From the NCBI GenBank assembly GCA_976551045.1, contig CDPCPM010000103.1, forward strand, positions 4,588,001-4,652,000: a stretch of DNA of 64,000 bases, written 5' to 3'. The notes beneath the pieces are model-generated. The model saw nothing but the letters and a program-made list of their open reading frames with translations. It was not told where the DNA came from and ran no database searches. The stretch is from Glaucostegus cemiculus (Eukaryota). The translations under genes were made by a program, and so were the position numbers. The number at the start of each line of letters is the position of its first letter. Positions within the stretch are counted from its first letter, which is position 1. Shown piece by piece: positions 25,041-39,116 of the stretch.

Positions 25041-27120
25041 GGCCATGGGAAATATTGAGTCAAAGGCTGCAATATTTGGATACAGAATTAAATGCTGATC
25101 TTGGTTCCTTTGCTGTCTGAGCTGTGTAGCAACTTCACAGCAGCGACCCGGCCATCAATGAATTTTATCTTACAAATGAGAAAACCAAACAATGGGCCAT
25201 GTCTGTATTAATTCAGGAGACCCAGTGACTTCCAGGCACATTTCTTCCCACAGGATGTCATTCATGGAATTAAACAATACAATTGTCCATATCTTTCTTG
25301 GACACTGTATGTGATGTTTTTGAATTTTAATGCAGAAAGATTAAAGTTAAACACATACAAAAAACTGCAACTAAATGTAATTTATTTACCACTGAATCAT
25401 CATTTGATAAAATTAAGCTTTTCAAATTCATAAGTAATATGCCATTTAGATATTCGTGAATGTCAAAATGATCAGTCAACCTGTCATGTTAGAGAAGACT
25501 CTGACAGAGATTAAGAAATCAAAAACTCCATGGAACACAGCATTCCCTAAAGGACTCTTGGGATACCAAAACAAAGTTGGGGGAAGGGGAATTCAGACTG
25601 TTGCTGAATTAAGTAATTACATGTTGTTCAGGAAGCTGTTAAATGCAAGATTTTTTGTAAGTTAAGTTTTAAAATTATGGTACAGTTTGAGTAACTTTTA
25701 TATTTTGTTTAGGAATTTCTATACATTCATTTTCTTTTAATACTAATTCCAGAGAGTCTGTGGAATAGCCATAGACATTGCAGCTATTATACATAAGTTG
25801 GACTCCTTCCTGCTGGATAAAATATTGAAATAATGTTTTTTACTAAATCTTTTGCATTTTGGCTTCCTCTCCTGATTTTAAATCATATATTATGAACATT
25901 ATTTCCAATAATAGTAAGTAAATATTTTTAAAATCTCATTCCAGATTAGACCAACGCCATGGCTAAACTCACCTGAGTTGCCCACTGCCTAGAATCTAAA
26001 GCTATTGATACTCAGCAACAAAAGATACTTCTGTCATGAATCAAGTTCAGAGATTTCCCATGAAAACAGTAAGCTCTCTTATAATTAAATCTGTCATTAA
26101 ACTGGAAGTTGTGCAAGTCATGTTGAACCTTAGCTTTCTTAACTTTAATTCATTTAATTCAAATGGTGGAATTTTAAACATAAATCATACTTCTTTTTCC
26201 TATTTGAAGATGAGACATTTACCTCAGGGCAAATATTCATACTTGACAACACTAAATGGAGTATTGACACTTTACATTAAATGTGGTATTGTGAGTAATA
26301 ACAATTTAAGTTATGACAGGCATTTTACAAAAATCACTAAATATTAAAACAGGAGGGAAAACAGGGCAAGTAGATTTTAAACATGAAAATTACTAGTTCA
26401 TACTAATCAGTTTCTACATTCTTGTCAACCCTTGACAGTTCTTTTTAAAATATGGTATAAAAGGAAATGACTGTTTGTAGTAAGGAGACAGCTTCTACAT
26501 TTTCAATAACACATATCTTCTCAAACCCTCTGTTGATAACATTCTCTACACAGCATCGATAGTTCTTTGAGGCTTTCCCACATTAGAAGCTGATGATGTG
26601 CACACAGATGATAAACATAAAATATCAATATTTTAAAGCTCTTTAAAGCCTTATTAGTCATTTTACTTTTACAGTATTCCAAGTAAAAGCCAACATATCA
26701 TGGTGTTTTTTAATTCAGCATTTTCTGTCTTTAATGGATAAGGCCTTTACAATTTCTGGCATGTCTCTTTGATTGTTGGTATTCTGGTTTTCATATGGAC
26801 TTAAATGTCAGTTGAATTCTTTTGGTATCAAAGGCATTTTCTTAGAAGTAATAATTAATGGAAAATACTTATCCCTCACATTATTCTGTTGCCACTGTCA
26901 TTATTAATGAAGCAAAAACATAGAGTTGAATCATCTTTGGAAACTTGTTTTATAAGTGACCCTAGTAACAGGATGAGCAAACCAGTGTCAGTGTCCTCTC
27001 CCAGGCCAATATCCCCGGCACTGAGCACGTCACATTAGTCAGCTATGTTAAATAGGCCACATCATTTACATGCCTGACAGTTGACTCTGAAAACAGACAC
27101 TCTATTACAAGCTTTGTCAT

Positions 27121-27416
27121 GATAAGATAAGATCTTTATTAGTCACATGTACATCGAAACACACAGTGAAATACATCTTTTGCGTAGTGATTTTTGGGGG
27201 ACAGCCTGCAAGTGTTGCCACGCTTCCGGCACCAACATAGCATGCCCATAACTTCCTAACCTGTATGTCTTTGGAATGTGGGAGGAAACTGGAGCACCCG
27301 GAGGAAACCCACACAGACATGGAGAGAACGTGCAAACTCCTTACAGACAGTGGCCGGATTTGAACCCGGGTTACTGGCGCTGTAAAGCATTGTGCTAACC
27401 ACTATGCTACCATGCC
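27121..27416 (-). mobile_element. Full-length tRNA-derived V-SINE
   Basis: Minus strand has A box TAGCATAGTGG, B box GGTTCAAATCC, V-domain GTGGGTTTCCTCCGGGTGCTCCAGTTTCCTCCCAC and a (CTTAT)n tail. GTCAT flanks both ends. Confidence 0.9.
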
Positions 27417-27929
27417 GTCATTAGAAGAGGTTACCAGGTAGACAGAGGGAAAGATTCGACAATGTGTTTAAACTTTCTTGAAAAAATGTAACATAGCTAC
27501 TGATTCCTTGGAATCTCTGGCCCATAAGTGCTCACTGTGGAGAAGGAGCATTTGGTTCAGTATTGAGGACCTTGGCTCCATGCTTTGGTAGCACTCAGAG
27601 GGCCTGCATAAGTGGCACAAGGAGTGTACTAAATTTCATCCCATTTCATAATCAGAAACTATGGGAGTAGAGTGTGCAAGGGTTCAGAATTTTATATTGG
27701 TTAAATTCCCAAACCATTGCCCTTCAAGTTATAATTTTAACTGGCAATTTACTTCCATTCAGAAGTGATTGTTAGGGGTGATGTGGTCAGGGGGCTGGAT
27801 AGTTGGTGATTATGATGGGAAAGGTGAATACTAGATGTAGAGAGTAAACTGATAAAGAGAGTGAGTGAGGACAGATAAGCAGGTCTAATAGAAAGGATAT
27901 TCAGGAATTGTTTGTAAACATAAATAATG

Positions 27930-28745
27930 GTAGAAGTGAAAGCGTTGATTCAGGATCAAAAGTGAAATCTTCATATGGAAGCAGAGAGTGTGGCTGAGGT
28001 ACTAAATGAAAACTTTACTTCCAATATCACTAAGGAAGAGGATGCTGCCAGTGTAACACCCAAAGAGAAAATGATTGAGAAACTGGATAGGAGGAAATAG
28101 ATGGAAGATGTTACCCACCACTTCAAAAAAAGGGAGAGCGTCAGATTAACATCATTAGAGACCTTATCCAAGGAGGGAAAAAGTCAGTGGTGGCTTATTA
28201 AACCAAATTGTGTTTGGCTAACTTGATTGAGTCTTTCAATGAAGTTTAAATGGATTTTCAAAATGTGTTTCTTAGCAAAACTGAACTCCTAGAATTAAAT
28301 AGCTAGTGGTCGCATGGTTACACAATTGGCTTGTAATAGGAGGCAATAACTGGTGGACAATGTTTTCAGACTGGAGGGAACATGGGGTGCAGTTCCCCAG
28401 GGCTGGGTGTTGGGATGACATCTCTTTCTGATATATTAGTGAACTGGACTTAAACTTACAGGGCATAATTTCAAAGTCTGTAAATAACAAAAAACTTAAA
28501 AATTAACCAGCAGTGAGATGAATTGTATTGGCCTTCAGAAGAGCATAGACAGATTATAAAATTGTCAATCACATGCTAGGACATTGAGACAATGTAAATT
28601 TATAAATGTGGTGCAGATAGGGGTACATGCACACATGCCTTTGAAGTTAGCAGGACCTTCATAAACTGAAGAAGTTATTAAGATACCACATGGGATCTTT
28701 GCTTTTTTTAGAGAAAAGGGAAGTTATATTGAATAACACCTAAAA
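27930..28745 (+). mobile_element. Heavily decayed CR1 ORF2 fragment
   Basis: MEAESVAEVLNENFTS (consensus-like AEVLNEYFAS), CLANLIESF, and a GVPQG-like motif at ~28390. Confidence 0.7.
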
Positions 28746-29599
28746 CAGGCAATACAATGAGAATATATGATTAATCCAAATCAAGAAATTCCCATTCAAA
28801 AATTCTGCTGCCTGCTCATTACAATTTCAACATGCAGCCATTGCAAACAATGACATTCATTGGCAAGAAGTGTCAGGGTGGTGGGGAGGATACTGGTGGT
28901 AAGAGCGGTGGTTCTGTGCCATCTACAATATAGTGAGTGGAAAGCACCAATTAAAGCTGACCTGCACCTCCTAAAGGAATGCTGCACTTGTGCTGAAGTG
29001 CAGTGTGGCAGATATTCTGGAATCAAAGCTAGCCAGGGGGATGTTCCTACATGGGCTCCATGGCTTCCTTGCGCTGCACTGGCGGTCTTGGTTCAGGAGA
29101 TGTAAAGAACTCTCTTTTTGCAGAGATCTTAGACCCTCCTGCAGAGTTATACTCAAAAGCTGTGGATAGTTGTGGTACTGAGGGCCAGGAAGCAATACTG
29201 CAAGAATTTCAATGACCTCACATGTATGGTCAAGGTCTGTCAATGAATGCATCTTCAAATGCCACACCGACTAACTGTCTTAAACCCTGTTCAAAGTGTA
29301 TTGGTAGAATTGGCCATGAGTTCCATGCTGAAAAGGATTGGCTTCATGATATTAGGCAATGCAGGAACATATATCCATTCTTCATATATTCATTCTGCCT
29401 GGCTGTTGCTGCCTCCAGCTGTCCACCATCAATTTGGTTCACTACTGCCCTTCGAGGAAGGAAATCTATTGACCTTATTTGGTCTGGTCTGTTTGTGTCT
29501 CCAGAGCTACCAATGTGTGTACTCTTTAGCATCCCTTAAATAGCCTAGTAAATTACTCAGTTCAGGAGAAAATAAGTATGGGCAGTAAATAAAAAAAAG

Positions 29600-29826
29600 G
29601 CTGGAGGAACTTAGTGCATCAGGCAGCATCTGTGAAGTGGAATGGACAGTTGACACTTCAGGTCAAGATCCTTCATCCAGACTGATGAAGGTGAAGTCCA
29701 GATGAAGGGTCTTGACCTGAAATGTCGACTGTCTGTTTCCTCCACAGATGCTGCCTAACCTTCTGAGTCCCTCCAGCATTTTGCTTTTTGCTCCAAAATC
29801 TAGCATCTGCAGTCTCCTGTGTCTCC
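29600..29826. mobile_element. Penelope-derived fold-back element with hammerhead-like motifs
   Basis: Inverted arms ~29600-29683 and 29695-29777 plus a ~50-bp tail. Right arm reads AGTC-CAGATGA-AGGGTCTTGACCT-GAAATGTC-GACT. Confidence 0.8.
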
Positions 29827-32259
29827 ATATGACAATAAATGCTGGCCACATCTCACAAATGAACAAAAAACATTCCTTGTCCTGCAAGAGAGAATGAAGT
29901 GTGTCAGTGAAAGTTGTGCAATATACAGGATCATGTGTTTGTCAAGTGTGAATAGCTGGCAGTGTGATAATGTGTGCCTTGCAGCAGTACAAAGTGTGTG
30001 ACAGTGTAGGATAATATTTGAGTGTTAGGTATGAAGCTTGTAAAGCAGAGACTCAATAAAGTAAGTGAATGGAGTGTGGTGAACTCAGCAGTCCCTGAGA
30101 TTGTGCTCCAGTGGTGGGATATGGCATATGAAGAAGAATTCACTGACCTTAACTTTCTGTCTGCGTGGGCATTTAACTTCTTGCACCCATGTGACCAGAT
30201 CTTCTGCATCTCCTTCAATGGCTATGGCCTCCCAGCACCTTCTGAGTATATGTCTTGTGGGTCTTCTGGCCCCTGCAGATCCAGTCCACTCCCTGTGCAC
30301 CAGATATAAACCTCAGAGCCCGCTTTATCCAATGATGCTATTCTTCACTGCATCCCAGATCAGCTTCCCTTGTAAAACGCCTGCAGGCACCTGCTCCAGG
30401 CACAGTGCATCTGCCCTTAAAGAGGTGCAGGCTGGCTTTAGCTGGTTCTAGCCACTCAGGATACTGGCACCCCACTGAATCGTCCAGTGCAGTCAGCGCT
30501 GTCTGGTTCCTGCAATTATTAAAATTAGCAGTCCACACAAAGTTGGCATGCTGCCTGTATTACACCGAGTACGCTTGGGTTAATTGCACATTGCAATCCC
30601 CTCTCTCCTTTTAGGGAATTATTGAGTTTCACTCCTGTAGACTTCTAATATCACTACAAATACTCAATCTAAATCTAACTAGCTTTTTGGTTTTAGTGAA
30701 AGAACACATTTTGTTTAAATACAGTCTACTCATTTGCAGCATTTTGATGTTGTCAATAAATTTCTTACAACCGTTGACAAAATGGCATTGCTCTGATGTA
30801 AAACTTAATCGAAAAACCTTGATATTTCTTGAATGATTATGTATTTATTGTTTAATTATAGTTAGTAATACAGTACATTTGTAATGGTTCAGAGAAAAGG
30901 TCAAATACAAAAAATTAATTAGTTTTTCAAACAATATTTTTTAATTATGAGTGATCTGCAGCCCATGTTTACATGAGAAGCTCCCAGCTGTCAGGTGTTC
31001 ATTGTCTGTCACAGAAACTCTCACTAAGCCATGCTGGGCTAAGATAGGATTAGAAATGATGAACCATCATGTTCTGTAAATCTTCTCACTCATGAGCCTG
31101 TGAGGTGGATCGTGGTACATTTGATTGGCAGCATGCTCCACACGGCCAGTTTGGTCTGCTATTGGCTTATTCAATAGGACTCCGTAGTTGTATTGAATGT
31201 CACCTGCTGTGCCCAGCACGTGCTCAGCCGTCAATTTCCTCACTCGCCCCTTGTTGTGGTGCAGGTGCTCAAGCTGAGAGGGGAGGCAGACCAGTCATCT
31301 GGGTGGCACGTGCAACATTTAGGGCATATGGCACCCTAGTTGTGTGTTGAGAAGGATAACTGACGCCAAGCAGAGTCATCACTAACTTTACAACAGATGG
31401 GAAGAAGCACTTCATTCAATATTCAGACAGATGTCCCCTCATTCCACCTGCCTTATAACTGGGGCAATGTACAGTCAAAAATGTATTCCTGATAATCATC
31501 CAGACAGAAAGCATAATTATAAACTCCAGAGTGGCAGATCTTTAAGATGCATGTAATTGCTATATAAAATGGCTACAATAGCACATTACAAAATATCACT
31601 TTAACATAGATAGAGAAATTCCAGGTAATAATTGCTTGAACTGATCTGCTCTATTGCATAGGGATGTTATTTCTGAAACATATATTTTCATAATCTGATC
31701 ATTTTAATGGAGGAAGTAGGATTTTGTAAATAAATCAACTTAATGTAGAAAGGAATTTTTCTTTATTAAGTATATAAATGAAATTTCTAATAAATGAAGA
31801 TAAACATTGTCATGAAGAAAATGCATAATAGAGGTTAATGCACATAATTTTCCTGCTTAAACAGAAGCACTAATGGTTATTTTAAAGTATATTTGCATAC
31901 TGTACCATAGTAATAAAGTACACATTTTCTTTGGCTATTTTAATATACATTTTAATAGTGGTCTTACTGCGCTAGTTTGCTTACACATTTTTAAAAGTAA
32001 CATTCATATCAATATTAAATTAAGCAATATATTTATTCAAATGAAGAGAAATCATACAAAGCAAACTTTTCTTTAAAATCTAAATTAAGCCATCAAATTT
32101 TTAAAATTAAAGTAACAATAACCATCATTATCCTACTCAAACCATGTAAAAGATACATTTTATACAATCTGGTGATTTAAAGCCTTAGACTGGAAGGTAT
32201 GATTTTATTTTTAAAAAACTTATGAAAATAAAGAAATGAAGAATATTGTTACTCTTACA

Positions 32260-32560
32260 CAAATGTGACAGCTGAAAAAAGACATATGGATGGAATGGGG
32301 GTTACCCCCAGCTCAGCAGCGTAGAGCTCTCAAGGTTAATTACAGATATTAACGCTGCTGTTCTTAACATTCTCACCATCAAGAAGCTTTGAGCTTCCAA
32401 ATGACCTGGCTGCAACAATAAGACCCTCTTTAGCCCATTAACTAATTGATAAAATGTGAGTGTTTGGAATGAGTCTAATTAAATCACAGAGCTTGCAATT
32501 AGTGCCCAATTTGGTAGCTGTTGGTAGATGACAAATCTAGGCTGGGCCGACTATGGATGT
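32260..32560. promoter_or_regulatory. Candidate conserved enhancer
   Basis: Non-repetitive. TGACAG, TTAATTA, CTAATTG, CTAATTAA and CAATTAG within 300 bp. Confidence 0.4.
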
Positions 32561-34544
32561 CACAGGCAGCTTTTATCTTAAAGTAGCATATTTAGAAAAG
32601 TAATAATTAAGAAGTAGTTTCAGCAAAAAGAAGGATGTGAAGACTATATGAATGTTTACTCCAGGGGCTTGTAGGGCAACAAGAGCCAATAACTAAAGCA
32701 TATTCATTCTTGTGTGCCACAGTAGACAAGGATCCCAGATGGATTGTCAGAGCTTAGGCTGGAATGATGATGAGACAGTGGGTAATTATTGAGTTGCAGT
32801 GCCTGAGCTGTGATTAGTGTCTGCAAGCTTTTCACTTCCTTCAGAAGAAGGATTGTTGCTGCCTGTGTTACCCTGCGTCTCTTACCAGTGCAGAACATAT
32901 TTCAATTTGACAGGATTGGTTCTTCCCTTTGATTGCAATCTGTTACCTGTATGTTCCTGCAAATTAATCAGTCATCCTGGTATAGCAGCACTATCATTTT
33001 ATTCTCATAATCAAACAAATAAACACATATATCAGTCCGGCAGTGTACAAAGCATAGGCACTCATTAAATTCTATCGTGCATTTCCCTCATAATAATGAG
33101 GTTAGTCTTTTCAGAACTGGGCTTCATTTGCACAATGCAAAATATAAATCATTCCATCGTTTCAAACCTGAAAATTTATATGAAAAACATATAGTTCAGC
33201 ATTAAATATTTCAAATCTCTGAAGTGTAGTCATTGTAAATAGGTGTTACAAAATTAGATTTTGTTCTTCAACAGGTGTTTATTTCAATATTTCATTCTTT
33301 TTTTAAAGAATCTGCATAATTCTTCACATTTGGTCTTGCATTGTGCACTGGTAGCTACAAATTAGTACAATCACCCTGGAACAGTACAAATGAGCTCCTC
33401 AAAATGAAACAGCTATTTCATAGGGGAATTCTATGAACTCGGTAATGGATTAGCCTAAAGGACTCTACAAGTAAAAAAGTGAAAGACTATATCGGTGTCA
33501 AGGAAGATAAAGCATTTATTCTAGGCAAGGATATAATATTTTATGCAGTTTGGATCCGGTTGGTCACTTTCAGTCACAATATAGAAAAAAATTTAAATAC
33601 AAATTCCCATGCGCACTCATTGAGATTGAAGAAGAGACCAATGTGATTGCGTCACTATTTTTTAGAAGGAAACGATCTCTATAGACTGATTATTTCCAGA
33701 AACAGTAGCATTATGGATTAATAAAACAAGCAGAGCTCACTGGTGTAAATGAGTACTGTGAAAACAAGGCATACATCTTGAAAATCCAACCTTAGCACAC
33801 AAATTTGGTCCTAATTGTCAATTACCATGAGTTGATTGCCTGGAGTGCTAACAGGCACCTACAGGTTTACCATTGAAACAGAAGTCAGGCAAGATTTTCA
33901 TGGAGTGGAATATATGGGTTGCATTCATCCATTTCTAGTGAAGAATGGAGTAAGCTTGCTGGCACACAAAGTTCTTGCAGACACAGTTGGAGGTTCTAGT
34001 GGATGATGTCTAGGGGAGGAGCAAAGGACCATTCATTTCTCCACACCTCATGTTCCTCTCTCTTCCTCAAAGTGTTTTCTTCCTCTTCTTCTAGTGGCCC
34101 CCCGGGGAGCTTCACCTATTGCACAATTGATGGAAATCGTGGATGGTCTCCGATGATCACCAGATTGTCGACCATGGAACAGATCTCCAGTACAGAGGTG
34201 AGTCCACTGCTATGTTTGTCTCAACATACTGACAACACTGCAAGTTGACATACTACTTCATTTGAGAACCATTGCATAATTTTAGACCGTGTCACACCAC
34301 AAAAATCGCTTCCCAGTGGCACCAGATCACACTGACCTAGATCCATCATGCAGCACCATTGTACCACAGGCTTTTTATGGATGAATTTCTGGACTATGTA
34401 AGTACATTTGCACAAATAGATTATCACATGCATCCATTCATCACCAATTATAACACAATCTAAGTGGCATCTCTGATGTAACTAACATGTATCTTATGGA
34501 ACCTGGGTTAAAAAAAGTAAAAGCACATAGGATCCAAAAATGGC

Positions 34545-35635
34545 TCCACAGGTAATGATCAGCAGCTATTTTTGTGACTAAAAACCTCTTTCTGATGGGT
34601 TTCCACAGAGCTTGGTACATGATCCTTTGACTTTTATGATATGCATCAGTGATTTAGAAAAATTTGAGTTTGGTTAGGAGAATTAAAGAACATATAAAAA
34701 TGGGCTGTGTGGTTGATAGTGGGGAAGAAAACAAGAAGCTATAGAAAGTTATCAATAGGCTAGTCAGCAGGGTGTCCAGAAAAGTGGCAAATGGAACTCA
34801 GTTCTATAGATGTATGAGTTAATGCATTTGGTAAGACCAAACAAAGTAACAACATATGCAATTACTGGTGGTGTAGAACAGAGGAACCTGGAAATGCATG
34901 TCCCCAGATCCCTGATACAAGTAGATAAGAAGACATGCAATATACATTCCTTTGTTAGTCAAGGCATAGATTGTAAGAAGAGGGATGTTATGCTAGAACT
35001 GAATAATATACTAGTTAGGCTGCAGCTAATTTTCTACATATAATTCTGATCAATACAATGGAGGAAAGATGCAATAGCATTTGGGAGGATTGAGAGATTT
35101 ACCAGGGATGTTATTGGGACTAGAGAATCCTAGCCAAAAGGCAAGGTTAGATAGGCTGTGGTGCTGTGGTTGTTTTCTTTGTAATTGAGAAGGCTAAGGG
35201 AAGATTTGGATGTGTGCGTGTGTGCGTGTATGCGTGTGTGTGTGTGAAGTGGGAGCCGGGGGGGAGGGGGTGGGTAGGTGGTGATAGTGGTTTACATGGT
35301 GTGGAAAGGAAGAACATAGTTCCCCCAGTGAAGGGAGGGGTGATGAGGAAGAGCAGTGGGGTGCAGAGTAAGTACAGTCAAAAACCGGGATATATAGAGT
35401 TAATGTAAGAGGTAGATAGATTAACAAAAAGATGGAAAGGAATATTTGCCCTCAGAGGATGGTGAGTGATAGAGGTTTAAGTGCTGTTGAATTTAAAACG
35501 TCCTTGGGTATGTTCTTGAAGTGTTCGCTATAAGATTGCAAAGCTACAAGTAGCAAATGAGATTTGGAGAGATAAAAGTCTCCACGGACACAGTGGGTTG
35601 AATGGCCTTCTTCTGGGATTCCATGATTCTATCTT
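34545..35635 (+). mobile_element. Decayed CR1 3' portion with internal (TG)n/G-rich stretch
   Basis: aagtggcaaatggaa (KWQME), ORF 34810 similar to the CR1 C-terminus, and tail gggttgaatggccttcttct...atgattctat. Confidence 0.7.
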
Positions 35636-37824
35636 TCATTTCTTTTTTTCACTTCTCTTTAACATCACATGCAGTGATAACTGATTTCCAAAGCTATGCT
35701 GTCTTACCATACATAGCACCTGTTGTGTGATACCAATGTTCAATCTGGTCTCTTAGTAATGGTGACTGACAGCCACTATGAACACACTAGGAATGAGAAT
35801 TGTAATTGTTATATAAGTAAAGATGTTTATTAGTAAGGATAATTCAGAGCTCAGTCTATGGTCTCTTGCAACTCAAGCTTCTCTTTTTCAGTTTATGTTG
35901 TCATTTGAGTTCCTCAGTTTAATTACAGGTTTGTGGTTCACTCACAGGAAAGTATTATCTTTTATGCTAATCACTTTTCCTGCCTGGCAAGTTTCTACCA
36001 TTTGTTCTTCAGAAAAAAATGTGCAATTTAAAGATCTGAGGGCACCAGGAAATGGGTGAGTAGATTGGGTGCAGGGAAAAATGGGGGCAGAGATAACCCA
36101 TTTACTGGATCCTGGTGATTATGAGAAATTAATGTTAGGTCTTCAGTGCAATGATCTGGGCATACATTCAGTAGTATGTGTGCAGTTCTTTGGCTGGTTG
36201 CCTGTTTGGGAGTGGGAGATTAAATTTCATTGACAGCACTTAAAGGCAGTCAGCACCTATTAACAAAAAAGTGCACTCTTGCTGCAGACAACAGTGAAAC
36301 TTGAAAAAGGACTGAAAGAAGTCCAGACCAAGCTCTCAAGTTGTCTTAATGACTAAGCAGGATGAATGAATCATGAATACTGCCAGGAAACCTGTGATGC
36401 CATCCCATTGGAATTGCTGGAAGACGATGCCACGTATTGATGAGGAGCATCGGGAACATGAATGCAATTCATGGCACCTGGGAAAAGCCTGACATACAGG
36501 CTAAGTATTGTGTTCTTTCTTGTCTTTCTTCATTCTGTAAATAACCAGAGATGCCAGCATTCCTCCTGGCTCAGAAAGCTTCTGTGAACTCTCAAGTTAG
36601 ATGGTGAGTATCAAGCCTTGAGATACCATTTATATCATCTAATACTGTCTGTGGCAATAAAAGTGAATGGCAATGGTGACTTTGACAGCCATACACATTA
36701 CCTTCATGCCTTGCTTTGTATTATGTTTGCACCTTCACTGGCATACTTGGTGGCGAAGAAGTCTGGGTTATTGCACCTCAATAAACTTCAGCTCGGAGGA
36801 GCCTTCCCTGAAGTGGATACAGATTTGAACTTCTATGCATTGCTCTCATCCTCCTTCTCTCAGGCACTTCTGTTCTCTGTTGTGTTTTTGGCTCCTTTTC
36901 CTTATTATCCAGCCCTAAAGGCAGACCTTATAGACCACCCATGACTGCAGTAATACTCTATGAAAGCAGGGAAAAAAATGCAGCAGATTCAAAAACTCTC
37001 CAGAAGTCAGACATCAGCTGCAGTGGTGACAAAATATGTTAAAACCAAGCACACTGAAGTTAACTGACAACTTCAACTGACAAATCAGTAACCAACCCGT
37101 GAGTGGTGGATGAACTGTTTAAAGTACCATGGTAGACTCCTAGCTGTTTGTTCAAGTTATTAAATGCCAAACATGGAGAGTCATCATCTGCGCAGCCCAA
37201 CTTCCCCTACAAAAATTGTCATAATTTTATTTAAATATTTGAAATGTCATGTTGAATAAATCTATTATGCTTCCTGAACACCTACAGATGAGATTGATTT
37301 GAGACAGTGGGTGATGCATGTCTAGCAGAGAATCAATGCATTGACTGAGTGCTTAGGCACCAATGTTATACTGGTTAAATGGAGCAACTTCAACTATGTT
37401 CTCAGTCATTGTCCCTAATGCTTTTGAATTTATTTTCCTGGATTTGCGATTCTCTTCATATCCCAGGGTACTTGCCTACTTTACCACTGATGCTCCCACT
37501 AAGTAAACAAACATTGTGGAGTCACTGTAATGATATGATAAGTTCGATTCTACTGTGTCTTATCCTTTTCATGCTGCAACTGTATGTAGGTAGTGATAAT
37601 AAATTCTAAGAAAAACAAGCAGGGCGTCTTATGAGTAATATAACTCAAATCTCCAATTATTTGGAGACAAAACAGGAAGGATATGAGTGCTGAAGTCAAT
37701 TATTATTATTTATGTGGAAGCTTTGCAATGTAATTATCTAAATTAGGTCAAAATATATCAGATGATACACCACAAAACTCACTCTTTTCAAATAAAGTAT
37801 ATTTTCTGGATATACTTACACGGC

Positions 37825-37945
37825 GGGTTATGTGGGAGGAAAGGGTTAGCTGGATCTTAGAGCAGGATAAAATGTCGGCACAACATTGTGGGCCAAAAGG
37901 CCTGTACTGTGCTGTAATGTTCTATGTCTATAGTGTTCCATGTCT
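37825..37945 (+). mobile_element. CR1 3' end
   Basis: gtcggcacaacattgtgggccaaaaggcctgtactgtgctgtaatgttctatg, a typical CR1 terminus. Confidence 0.8.
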
Positions 37946-38184
37946 ATAACTGTGACAGAAATTATGTACTGAAATAAAGATTCCATACTGTACGTGGAGT
38001 TGTACTTTGGATGAAAGAGATTGGGATAAGTGGCACAGGAATAGTGTTTGAGGTTCCGTTCACTAACAATTGCCCACAGAAACTTCAGGTTTTGAGCAGA
38101 GAGATCTGTCATCAGATGTCAACATCTATCATCTAATCCAGTGCCACTCTCTACGTAACTAGGGTGCATTTGTAAGCATGAAGA

Positions 38185-38257
38185 TATGTGAGTGCTTGTG
38201 TGCATGTGTGAGTGCATGTGAATGTGTTAATGCATGCACGCGTGTGTATGAGAGAGA
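38185..38257. repeat. Degenerate (TG)n/(TGCA) simple repeat
   Basis: Seen directly. Confidence 0.75.
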
Positions 38258-39116
38258 GCAGATAAAGCAACATGATGACTCTTCAATCATTTTGAAAAAT
38301 TTTCATTTTGTATACAGAGGTGAAACTACAAATTAAAGTTAAATCATGTATATCTTCATTAGGTACACAGGGGCAAAATTATTAATTAGATTTAACTCTG
38401 TCCTCTGAAAATCTGGCCAATATGTGCTATTTGAATTGTTCCTTCCTGCGCAAATTCTGAGCAAATTTCTCATAATGTATTCTCAATCAGTAGACCAGAT
38501 ACATCAATTTTATTCTCTAAGTAAGAATGACCAGATGAACACCCTGGTATTGTCGATGAAATATGAAGTCATTATTTTCATTAATGCTAATGAATAATTT
38601 TACCAGTCCTGTACTGGAACGGAAAAACTGAAGAGAATTTAATATTGAAATACTAAACCCTTTTTTCTTTTATAACATCTGCCTGTTTTGCATCATACTC
38701 AACAGAAAGAAAAATTGGCCACAGGATAACACTGGCAACTATCTTGCCACAGTAAAATTTAAAATCCACCTAAATCCCTCAAGTGGTTCTTAGTGCAAAT
38801 TAAACATTAACTAGTCAGTTGGACATTGAGTACACAATAAAGTATAACATGCAATTGGTAAATTAAAGGGAATTGTTTTGGTAACTCAAAATCTTTCTGG
38901 ATTATTTGGATATTATGTGAAAAATACATATTCCCTGGTACCAGTAAAAGTTCTGTCCCTGTTCTTGGCTGTTCCAATGACTGAACTGCATTCTTATTGC
39001 AACAATGTCATGAAATAGCCAGAATGTAAATAATCTGCTACCCAGGATCTTTTCAGAAAATTATAAAGGGGTTTCAACATGAAAAGATATCTTTCAGTTC
39101 TTTAGTTCATTACTTT

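Noticed and set aside
27330-27416. tRNA gene
   Set aside because: The A/B boxes belong to the SINE head; no cloverleaf.
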